A stretch of 64,000 nucleotides of DNA from Polyangiales bacterium (GTDB lineage: Bacteria > Myxococcota_A > Polyangia > Polyangiales > Polyangiaceae). The translations under genes were made by a program, and so were the position numbers. Within the stretch, counting starts at the first letter, position 1; each line of letters opens with the position of its first letter. The notes beneath the pieces were generated by a model, which worked only from the letters and a program-made list of their open reading frames with translations, did no database searches and was not told the origin of the DNA. The stretch covers positions 32,001-96,000 of the forward strand of contig JBBRLQ010000025.1 of assembly GCA_038231275.1 (NCBI GenBank). Direction: 5' to 3'. Positions 1-7,737 of this stretch are shown here, piece by piece.

Positions 1-2415
1 GATCTCGTCGTAGCCGAAGCGCGTCGCGCCCCAGCGGGCGTCCTCGATGCCGGTCACGCGGCCGATGGCGTCGTACGACCACGCGCGCTCGCTCAAGGCG
101 CCGTGCGCGACGCCGCCCTCGCGATGAGCGACCTTCGCGATGCGGCTCTCGAGGCGGCTCATCGCGTCGTAGGCCGAGAGCACCTCCACGGCGCGGCCGG
201 ACGTCGTCTTCGTCTCTCGTCCGAGCGTGTCGCGCGTGATCGTCACCGCGTGGCCGTCGTGCGTGAGGCCGATGAGCGCGCCGCCGCGGTCGTAGCGGTA
301 CGTCGTCGTCTCGCCGCCGGGCAGCTCGCGCTTGGCGAGGCGCCCATATGCGTCGTACGTCGACGACACCGCGAGGCCGTTCTGGATCTCCTTCACCGCG
401 CGGCCGAAAGCGTCGCGCTCGAACTGGACGACCGTCTTCCCGTTGTGCTCGATCACCGCGGCGGCGAGGAGGCGCCCCAGCTTGTCGCGCCCGTATTTCT
501 GCGGGCCGTGCGGGGTCTTCTCCTCGAGCACGTTCCCGAGCGGATCGTAGGTGAGCTCGCGGTAAGTCTCGTCGGGGAAGTCGACGCGGCGGAGGCGATC
601 GGCCTTGTCGTAAGCGTACCGCAGCACGCGGCGATCGAAGGTGCGCTCCTCCACGACCCGCCCGCCGCGGTCGTACGTGAACTCGTACTCTTCTTTCTTG
701 GGGTTCGTGACGGTGCGGAGGCGCTCCATCCCGTCGTACTCGAACGTCCACACCTGGCCGTTCGGCATCGTCTGGCGAACGAGGACGCCGGTGCCCGCGT
801 ACTCCATCCGCGTGACGCGCCCCATGGGATCGGTCTGACGGACCACGTTGCCCATCGCGTCGTACGCGAACTGGAGGCGCGCGCCGTCGCAGCGTCGGAC
901 GGCGACCGGCCGACCGAGCGCGTCGTACTCCGCGCGGCGCACGTGATCGAGCGCGTCCGTCTGCGAGACCGGACGACCCATGGCGTCGTACGTGTAGGTC
1001 GTGACCGCGCCGCGCGCGTCGGTCTCCTTCACGAGGTCGTGCTTCTCGTCGTACGACCACGAGCCGATCATCCCCTCGGACGCATAGAAGTAGACGACGT
1101 GGCCGGCGCCATCGTAGCCGAATTGGTACGTGAGCCCCGTCGCGTCGTGGACCTCGATCGGGAATCCTTGCGAGTTGTTCGTGAGCGACGTGACGAGGCC
1201 GTCGGCCGTGATGCGGCGCACCAGGAGATCGCCGCGGTACACCCAGGTGGTCTCGTTTCCCGCCGGATCCTTCAGCCTCACACGGTTGCCGCGCTCGTCG
1301 TAGGTCGTCTCCCACGTCTCCCCGGCGGCGTTCGTCTCGGTGAGGACGAGGCCGTCCTCGTCGTACGTGTACTCGGTGGCGAGATCGCCTTCGGGCGTCT
1401 CCTCGCGGAGGAGCGCGCCGTTCTTCCACGTGTAGACCTTGACCACCTCGCCGGCCGCGACGGTGGTGCCGGCGTCGAGATCGTAGGTCATCTGGACGTC
1501 GTGGATGCCGCCGTCGCCCCAGGTGTGCACGCAGCGGCCGGTCTCGTCGTCGTACGTGTAGTAAAAAGAGACGCCGTTCTCGAGCGTGCTCTTCACCAGG
1601 CGGTGGAGCGCGTCGTACGCGAAGTGCTGCGCGTGACCGAGCGCATCGGTCGCGCGGGCGAGCTCACCGTACTTCGTGTACGCGTACGCCATCGCCTGCT
1701 GCGCGGCCCCGTCCGCCCAAGCCTCGGCGCGCACGACGTGGCCCTTCGCGTCGTACGTGAGGCGGAGCTCGCGCGTGAAGGCGCGCACGGTGGAGAGACG
1801 GCCAGAGACGTAGACGAGCTCGACGGCGTTGCCCCACGTGTCCTTGATCTCGCGAAGCATCGACTTTCCGCCGCGATCGAGCGACTGGAAAACCTTGGTC
1901 GTGCGCGCCTCGAGGTCGAGCAGCTCGTAGCGCTCGTCGTGCGTGCGCGTGACCGAGAGGTGCTCGCCGCGGAGGAGCGCGGTGGCGCCGACCTCGACGT
2001 CGGGGAGGCCGAGGTTTCGCCCCTCGGGCAGGCGCAGGGTGAGCTCGCCTTCCAGGACCGCGATCCATTGATCCAGGGCGTGCGTCCAGCCACCGCGACC
2101 AAGCGGCGACGTCTCGTCGAAGAACGACGACCAGTAGCTGCGGCTCCAAATGACGGGAATCGGGCCCGGGAGAACGAGCTCCTCCGCCTCGTCGGTGACT
2201 TGTCCGGTGATGACCTCGACGGGGTGAGCGACCTTCCTCTCGTTCTTCCCCTTCTTCTTCCCTTTGCCCTTCTTGCCTTTCGCGCCAGAGCCGCCGCCGC
2301 CGGCTCCGACCGCCTTGTTGTTGGTCGCACCCGGCCCCTTCCCCGAGGCCGTGTTCGCGCCGCCCGTCGACGCGAGCGTGGCGGTCATGTTGCCTTTGCC
2401 GGTCTTCGGCGGCAT
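1..2415 (-). CDS. Rhs/YD-repeat protein (DUF6531-type N-terminal domain plus YD repeats); partial, C-terminus and toxin lie beyond the left edge
   Basis: Not in the ORF track because it runs off the edge. Manual translation from ATG 2415: MPPKTGKG...KGKKGKGKKKGKNERKVAHPVEVITGQVTDEAEELVLPGPIPVIWSRSY...PLGRGGWTH, then YD-type repeats; the same frame reads ...RWGATRFGYDEI at position 1. Confidence 0.9.
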   Translation of the reverse strand, partial: MPPKTGKGNMTATLASTGGANTASGKGPGATNNKAVGAGGGGSGAKGKKGKGKKKGKNERKVAHPVEVITGQVTDEAEELVLPGPIPVIWSRSYWSSFFDETSPLGRGGWTHALDQWIAVLEGELTLRLPEGRNLGLPDVEVGATALLRGEHLSVTRTHDERYELLDLEARTTKVFQSLDRGGKSMLREIKDTWGNAVELVYVSGRLSTVRAFTRELRLTYDAKGHVVRAEAWADGAAQQAMAYAYTKYGELARATDALGHAQHFAYDALHRLVKSTLENGVSFYYTYDDETGRCVHTWGDGGIHDVQMTYDLDAGTTVAAGEVVKVYTWKNGALLREETPEGDLATEYTYDEDGLVLTETNAAGETWETTYDERGNRVRLKDPAGNETTWVYRGDLLVRRITADGLVTSLTNNSQGFPIEVHDATGLTYQFGYDGAGHVVYFYASEGMIGSWSYDEKHDLVKETDARGAVTTYTYDAMGRPVSQTDALDHVRRAEYDALGRPVAVRRCDGARLQFAYDAMGNVVRQTDPMGRVTRMEYAGTGVLVRQTMPNGQVWTFEYDGMERLRTVTNPKKEEYEFTYDRGGRVVEERTFDRRVLRYAYDKADRLRRVDFPDETYRELTYDPLGNVLEEKTPHGPQKYGRDKLGRLLAAAVIEHNGKTVVQFERDAFGRAVKEIQNGLAVSSTYDAYGRLAKRELPGGETTTYRYDRGGALIGLTHDGHAVTITRDTLGRETKTTSGRAVEVLSAYDAMSRLESRIAKVAHREGGVAHGALSERAWSYDAIGRVTGIEDARWGATRFGYDEI

Positions 2416-2733
2416 CTACATCATCCCGATCTTCTGGTTGACGACCAAGGTGACGAGATCGTGCATGGGCGCCGGGTTCGACGGCGCGTTGCCGGGCGAC
2501 GGCATCACGTCCACGACGCTCTGATCGGTGACCGCCTCACCTCCGCCGACGATGACCTTGGACGCCGTCGAGGAGCCCGACGACGACTGCGCCATGTACG
2601 GAAAGGGCGCCGGGACGCCGATCGGCGTGGCCGGCGTCATCGGCGGGATGTTGCTGACCGCGGGGGGGCCAACGTACTGGTGGCTCGACGTCGTCGAAAT
2701 CGCGGTCTTGTTCTTGATGACGGTCATCCCCAT
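2416..2733 (-). CDS. PAAR-like (DUF4150/PIPY-type) spike-tip protein, 105 aa, possibly C-terminally short
   Basis: MGMTVIKNKTAIST...GPPAVSNIPP...GVPAPFPYMAQSS...SKVIVGG resembles the DUF4150 PxPxPY pattern; ATG overlaps the upstream stop (TGATG); in frame with the Rhs gene. Confidence 0.7.
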   Translation of the reverse strand: MGMTVIKNKTAISTTSSHQYVGPPAVSNIPPMTPATPIGVPAPFPYMAQSSSGSSTASKVIVGGGEAVTDQSVVDVMPSPGNAPSNPAPMHDLVTLVVNQKIGMM

Positions 2734-3215
2734 CACGGAAGCTCCACGCGCGCCGAAAGAATTCGGAGCAGCGCCGCGACGTCCATCACCATCCGCCGAC
2801 CTTCGAGGCGCACCGCGCCGTGCTTGTCGAGCTTGAGCATGCTCTTGCCGACTTGGATCTGCACCTCTTCGCTCGCGCGAATGCGGATCGTCTTGCCCTT
2901 GAGATCGAGCGAATCCTCTTCGCCGCCGGGAAGCTCGCGCGGGGCATGCAAGGCGCCCATGATCTCCGGGCCGCGCGGCGTGTCCATCAGCAGCATTTTC
3001 TGTCCGGTGCGCATGCACTTCTCGACGAAGCGCGGCGAGAGACCCTTCTCGACGCGCGCCCGCACGTGGCCGCCGGCGGCGAGGGCGACGCGGTACGTCC
3101 CGTCTGCGACGAGCTCCACCGTGCCCGCATGCATGCCAGGGCCTAGCGATTTTTTGACCGCGACCCGCCTGCTCTCCGGTGCCTCTGCGCGCTTGCCCAT
3201 GGACTTCTCCTTCAT
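2733..3215 (-). CDS. T6SS-associated hypothetical protein (DUF6484-like), 160 aa
   Basis: C-terminal part of ORF 2733..4256 from MKEKSMGK; ATGA overlap with the vgrG stop; beta-rich tail IRIRASEEVQIQVGKSMLKLDKHGAVRLEG as in vgrG-adjacent DUF6484-type proteins. Confidence 0.6.
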   Translation of the reverse strand: MKEKSMGKRAEAPESRRVAVKKSLGPGMHAGTVELVADGTYRVALAAGGHVRARVEKGLSPRFVEKCMRTGQKMLLMDTPRGPEIMGALHAPRELPGGEEDSLDLKGKTIRIRASEEVQIQVGKSMLKLDKHGAVRLEGRRMVMDVAALLRILSARVELP

Positions 3216-5395
3216 GCGTACGTCTCGTCGCCGTCGTCGACGGCGCCTACCGATCCGTCGTATTTCCCGTCGATTTTCACGCTGCTGCTGGTGATGGTGA
3301 TGGTGAGGCCGTCCGCCTTCACCGTGATCTTGTCGGACGCGACGACGATGACGTCCGCTCCCTTGATCTTCGCCGCGCCGCTGATCTCGATCGTGGACGA
3401 CGCTTCGCAGACGTCGACGATCTTGCTGCCGCCGGTCGCCTTGCGCGAGGCGAGCGTCTGGCGGAGGTTGCCCTTCACCGTGAGCGCGTAGTCCTTCTTC
3501 GTCTTGACCGACTTGGGGCCGCCGATGGTCTCGTTGTTGACGCCGCCGACGGAGACCCCCGCGTGCTTGCCGGCGATGCACGCCCACGTGCCGCCGACGA
3601 CGATGGTCGACGCGCCGGTGACCGCGCGCGTCTGGTGCTCGATCGCCGACTCGATCTTGGCGCCGCCGATCGTGCGCGACAACGTGGCGCACTGGATGCT
3701 GGAGTCGCCGCCAACCTTGAAGATGCGGGCCGCTCCGATCGTGATCGACTCCGCGGCAGCGCTCACGTTCATGTTCGCGCTGACGGTGAGGTCGCGGCTC
3801 GCGCCGACGGTGTGCGTCTGGCTTCCAACGACCGTGAGCACGTGCGCCTTGCCGACGATGTGCGTGCGGTTCACGCCGACCTGATCGACCTCGTTGCCCT
3901 TGATCTGGACGAGCTTGTCGTTCTCGGTCTTCTCGTTGAGATCGTACGACGCGACGACGTCGAACGCCTCGGAGCCGGCGGCGTCGTCCATGCGGATCAT
4001 GTTCTTGGTGCCGCCGCCGGGAGTCGTCAGCGAACCGAAGCCGCTCATCGTCTTGCTCTTCGGCAAGCCTTCGGGCGGCACGGCGACGCCGTTGGGGAGG
4101 CGGCCGAGGACGACGGGCGCGTCGGCGGAAGTTCCGACAAAGCCGAGCAGCACCTCCCACCCGACGCGCGGGAGCATGAAGCCGCCGGAGGTCGGAGGCT
4201 GGAGCGTGCGGACCCAAGTGGAGCTCTTGTCGTCCTTCTTTCCGAGGCGATCCCATCGGAGCTGCGCTTTGACGCGCGCGTACTGATCGGTGTGGAGATC
4301 TTGCGACGGCGGTCCGGTGGTGATCGCGTTCTCGACGCCTTCCATGCGCGGCGGCGCGATGCGGTCGGGGCGGTACGGCGTCGCCTTGGGGATCGCGACG
4401 AAGCGCGCGGTGTACGGGCGCCGGGCGTGCTCGGCGTCGTCCTCGTCGCGGGCGTCGAGCGTGTCGTGCCCTTCATGCGCGACCTGGAGGACGAGCCAAT
4501 CGCCCTCCACCGCGCCCGAGAGCGAGACGATCGAGCCGGCGGAGACATCCCGCGCAGTGGTCTCGCCGGTAAGGACGCGCTCCCTGGCGCGAAGCTCCTC
4601 GAGGCGCAGCTTGGCGCGGGTGCGACCCTCGGTGGGCGTGGCGAAGCGGCCGGGGTAGTCGTACGCCTCGAGATCGCCCGAGCCGGACGACGCGCGCAGC
4701 TCGACGAGCGGCGTCTCGAAGTTGTAGTCGCCGAGCGTGACCTTGTCGGGGACGACGCGGTTCGCGACGGTTGCACCATGCACGGATCTCTCGCCGACGA
4801 GGCCACCCGATTCGGCGACGTCCATGCCGGTGGCGACGACCGTGTAACCGTTGGCGTCGTCGGTGGCGACGACCACGTCCTCTTCGTCGGGCGACACGAA
4901 CCATGCGACGCCCTCGTCGGCGAGGATGCGCGAGACGAAGGAGAGATCGCTCTCGAACGCCTGCACGCACTGCGCGAGCTTGGGCAGCGTGCGCGTGACC
5001 TTCGCGTCGAGGCGGATCTGGTGCTCTTGGAGGACCTCGGTCGCGATCGCCACCGCGTCCTTCTCGAGGAAGACCTTGTGATCCACGCAATCGGCGAGCA
5101 GCGCCACGCGCGGGACGACGACGATCTCGTAGTCGACGGCGTCGCGCGAGACCTCCTCCACGACGCCGTCGATCGTGCGCGAGTCCATGCCCGATGACCA
5201 CGTGAGGTGCGCCTTCTTCGTGATGAGGTCCTCGAGCTTGAGGTCGGCCGGCTCGCCGCCCGTGAACGCGCGCGCGATGACGACGTGACGCGACGGCGCG
5301 TGCACGCGCTCCATCCCCTGGAGTCGCGAGATTTTCCAAGAGACCGCCTCGGTCCCTTCGATCTCGAGCGTGAAGAGGACGACGGGGCCGCTCAT
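3212..5395 (-). CDS. vgrG: VgrG/TssI spike protein without toxin extension, 727 aa
   Basis: Start MSGPVVLF (ATGA overlap with the upstream vgrG); motifs CVQAFESDLSFVSRILADEG, HTDQYARVKAQLRWDR, MLPRVGWEVLLGF; gp5-like beta-helix repeats. Confidence 0.92.
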   Translation of the reverse strand: MSGPVVLFTLEIEGTEAVSWKISRLQGMERVHAPSRHVVIARAFTGGEPADLKLEDLITKKAHLTWSSGMDSRTIDGVVEEVSRDAVDYEIVVVPRVALLADCVDHKVFLEKDAVAIATEVLQEHQIRLDAKVTRTLPKLAQCVQAFESDLSFVSRILADEGVAWFVSPDEEDVVVATDDANGYTVVATGMDVAESGGLVGERSVHGATVANRVVPDKVTLGDYNFETPLVELRASSGSGDLEAYDYPGRFATPTEGRTRAKLRLEELRARERVLTGETTARDVSAGSIVSLSGAVEGDWLVLQVAHEGHDTLDARDEDDAEHARRPYTARFVAIPKATPYRPDRIAPPRMEGVENAITTGPPSQDLHTDQYARVKAQLRWDRLGKKDDKSSTWVRTLQPPTSGGFMLPRVGWEVLLGFVGTSADAPVVLGRLPNGVAVPPEGLPKSKTMSGFGSLTTPGGGTKNMIRMDDAAGSEAFDVVASYDLNEKTENDKLVQIKGNEVDQVGVNRTHIVGKAHVLTVVGSQTHTVGASRDLTVSANMNVSAAAESITIGAARIFKVGGDSSIQCATLSRTIGGAKIESAIEHQTRAVTGASTIVVGGTWACIAGKHAGVSVGGVNNETIGGPKSVKTKKDYALTVKGNLRQTLASRKATGGSKIVDVCEASSTIEISGAAKIKGADVIVVASDKITVKADGLTITITSSSVKIDGKYDGSVGAVDDGDETYA

Positions 5396-7557
5396 TCGAT
5401 CTTCGTCTCCCCCTGGCGCTTGATGGTGCCCTTGACCTTCGTGGTCCCCTTCGTCGCCTTGAACGTGGAGCCGGCGAGGGACAGCGCTCCGGCGGTGAGC
5501 GAGCCGGAGACCTCGAAGGTCACCTCGGTTGCCTTGAAGACCACCGGACCGCTCGCCGACATGTCCAAGCTCGCCGCCGTGAGGGACGACGCGCCAGTGG
5601 ATTTCGTCACGAGGTCCTGCGCCGCCTTGTCGCTCGTCGCGCCGGCGGTGATCGTCTTGGCGCCGGTCACGTTCTCCACGTAGCCGGTCGTCGCGATGAC
5701 GCGGGCGCCGCCGACCTGCTCGGTGCGCATCGCCGCGACGTTCTCGCCGACGCTCATTCCGCCCGCGATGCTCATCGAGCCGCCAACCGCCTGGGAAAAT
5801 GCGCCTTTCACGGTGGTGTTGGCCTGATTGCACTCGAGGCCGTGCAGCGCGCCGACCGTCTCGGTGTACGACGACTTCGACACGACGCTGAGGTTGCCGG
5901 TGACGTCGATGCGCTCCATCGCGCCGATCGACTCGGTGCGCGAGCCTTGCACGGTGAGGACGTGCTCGGTGCCGACGGCGATCTTCTGCTTGGCGCCGAC
6001 CAGGTGCTTGTGTGAGCCCTTTACGCCGACCGAGTGCGACAGGCCGACGTCGTAGATCTCGTCGTTGCCGATCTTGGTCGTCGAGTTGCCGCCGACCTGG
6101 ACCGTCTGATCCTTGCTCGCGTGGACGAAGACCTCCTGCTTGCCGCCGGAGTCGTCCATGCGGATCTCGTTCGTGCTGCCGCCGCCAGGCGACGTCGCGG
6201 ATTGGAGCGTCGTCTTCATCGCGGCGGCGGGGAGGCCGTAGGGGACGACCGCCTTCGCGTTGTACGAGCGGCCGAGGACGATCGGGACGTCGGGGTTGCC
6301 GTACGCGAAGGCGACGGGGACCTCCCAGCCGACGCGCGGGAGGAGCATCGATCCGCCCATGCCGATTTGCAGGCAGCGCACCCACGCCGAGGAGTGATCG
6401 TCGGCGACGCCCGAGCGATCCCAGGGCATTCGAATTTTCACGCGGCCGAGATCGTCGACGTGGATCTCTTCGCCGGCCGGGCCGGTGGTGACGGCGGGCT
6501 CGAGCTCGGAGAAGCGAGGCGAGCGCGGCGCCGCGGGGCGATACGTCTGCGTGTCGAGCGGTACCATGACGACGCGCGACTCGTAGGGGTGCGGGCGCGG
6601 GTCGCCGGGGATCGGCTTTTGGTAGTCGTGATCGACCGACACGACGAGGAGCTTTCCGTCGGCGTCGGAGTCGGAGCAGCCCTCGATCTCGATCCAGAAC
6701 CCCGCGCGTGGGCGCAGCGTGTCGCCCTGGCCGATGAGGCGGTGCTCGTCACGACGGAGCTGCTCGAGGCGAACCTTCGCGCGCTTCTTCGCCGCGCCTT
6801 CGTCGAGCACGTTGGCCGGGAACTCGAAGACCTCGAGGTCTCCGGTCCCCGATTTCCCTTCGATGAGCACAGTGGGCTGGCGAACGTCGAACTCGCGCAG
6901 GTGCGTCGCGGTGCTGGTCACTTCGCGCGTCGATTCGAGATCGAAGAACGTCGCCGCGCCGCTCATGCCCGTCGCGCCGCGGTAGCGGATGGGGCCGCCC
7001 TCGATGCCGTCGTGCGAGCCGGGAGCGTCGGCGAGGACCAAGACCGGGCCGTCGTCGGTCGTGTCCCAGTAGTAGGCGATGCCCTCGTCGGCGAGAAGGC
7101 GCTCGATGAACGTCCACTCGAGCTCGTTCATCTGCACGCACTGGAGGCGCTTCATGTATGCGCCCGTGAGGCGCCACTTGAGCGGTACGTGCGCACCGGC
7201 CGCGAGCTCGTCGACGATTTCGCGGGTCGTCTTTTCGACCCAGACTCGGCTCGCGCTGCGCTTCGAGAAGAGCCAGCCCGGGGGCATCAGCGTGAGGGTG
7301 TAGCGATGGCCACGAGGCTGCGACCCTTGCGCCTCGATGTCGGCGATGACGAGCGCAAGGCTCCGGCCGCTCCCCTCCTCGTCATCGGCGAGGCGAAGCG
7401 TCGCACCCTTGCGGACCAAATCGGCCTCGGTGGCCGGCTCTGGCAGCATGATCTCCGCAAAAAGCGGCGTCAGCGCGTTCATCGCCTCCCGACCGCGGAG
7501 GGCGACGACGTCGACGACACCGATCCCGGCGGTTTCGACGCTCACGACATGGGTCAC
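5392..7557 (-). CDS. vgrG: VgrG/TssI spike protein without toxin extension, 721 aa
   Basis: CVQMNELEWTFIERLLADEGI, IHVDDLGRVKIRMPWDR, LLPRVGWEV, NEIRMDD; gp5-like C-terminal repeats. Confidence 0.93.
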   Translation of the reverse strand: MTHVVSVETAGIGVVDVVALRGREAMNALTPLFAEIMLPEPATEADLVRKGATLRLADDEEGSGRSLALVIADIEAQGSQPRGHRYTLTLMPPGWLFSKRSASRVWVEKTTREIVDELAAGAHVPLKWRLTGAYMKRLQCVQMNELEWTFIERLLADEGIAYYWDTTDDGPVLVLADAPGSHDGIEGGPIRYRGATGMSGAATFFDLESTREVTSTATHLREFDVRQPTVLIEGKSGTGDLEVFEFPANVLDEGAAKKRAKVRLEQLRRDEHRLIGQGDTLRPRAGFWIEIEGCSDSDADGKLLVVSVDHDYQKPIPGDPRPHPYESRVVMVPLDTQTYRPAAPRSPRFSELEPAVTTGPAGEEIHVDDLGRVKIRMPWDRSGVADDHSSAWVRCLQIGMGGSMLLPRVGWEVPVAFAYGNPDVPIVLGRSYNAKAVVPYGLPAAAMKTTLQSATSPGGGSTNEIRMDDSGGKQEVFVHASKDQTVQVGGNSTTKIGNDEIYDVGLSHSVGVKGSHKHLVGAKQKIAVGTEHVLTVQGSRTESIGAMERIDVTGNLSVVSKSSYTETVGALHGLECNQANTTVKGAFSQAVGGSMSIAGGMSVGENVAAMRTEQVGGARVIATTGYVENVTGAKTITAGATSDKAAQDLVTKSTGASSLTAASLDMSASGPVVFKATEVTFEVSGSLTAGALSLAGSTFKATKGTTKVKGTIKRQGETKIE

Positions 7558-7737
7558 GGCACCTCCACGAGACTCTTCAACCTAACCCGACCTGGAAAGA
7601 CCCCAAGTCGTCCATTTGGACGACAAGCGCGCCCCCCATCGCAGGCCTACGACGAAGGGGATGATATGGCATCATGACGCCGGGAGCACACGCAGCAGAA
7701 GAATGAGACGCCAGACACACGAGAAGTCGGCGGCCTG

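Noticed and set aside
103..3294. 1063-aa plus-strand ORF
   Set aside because: Antisense shadow of the Rhs, PAAR-like and DUF6484-like genes; Arg/Val-rich with no motifs, typical of high-GC DNA.
5396..6385. N-terminal 330 aa of the 1057-aa ORF 3212..6385 (likewise the extensions of 2733..4256, 8985..11285, 12785..14890, 13145..16672, 60210..61781 and 61571..62821)
   Set aside because: These overlap real neighbouring genes in another frame or strand; internal starts with stop/start overlaps or signal peptides fit better.
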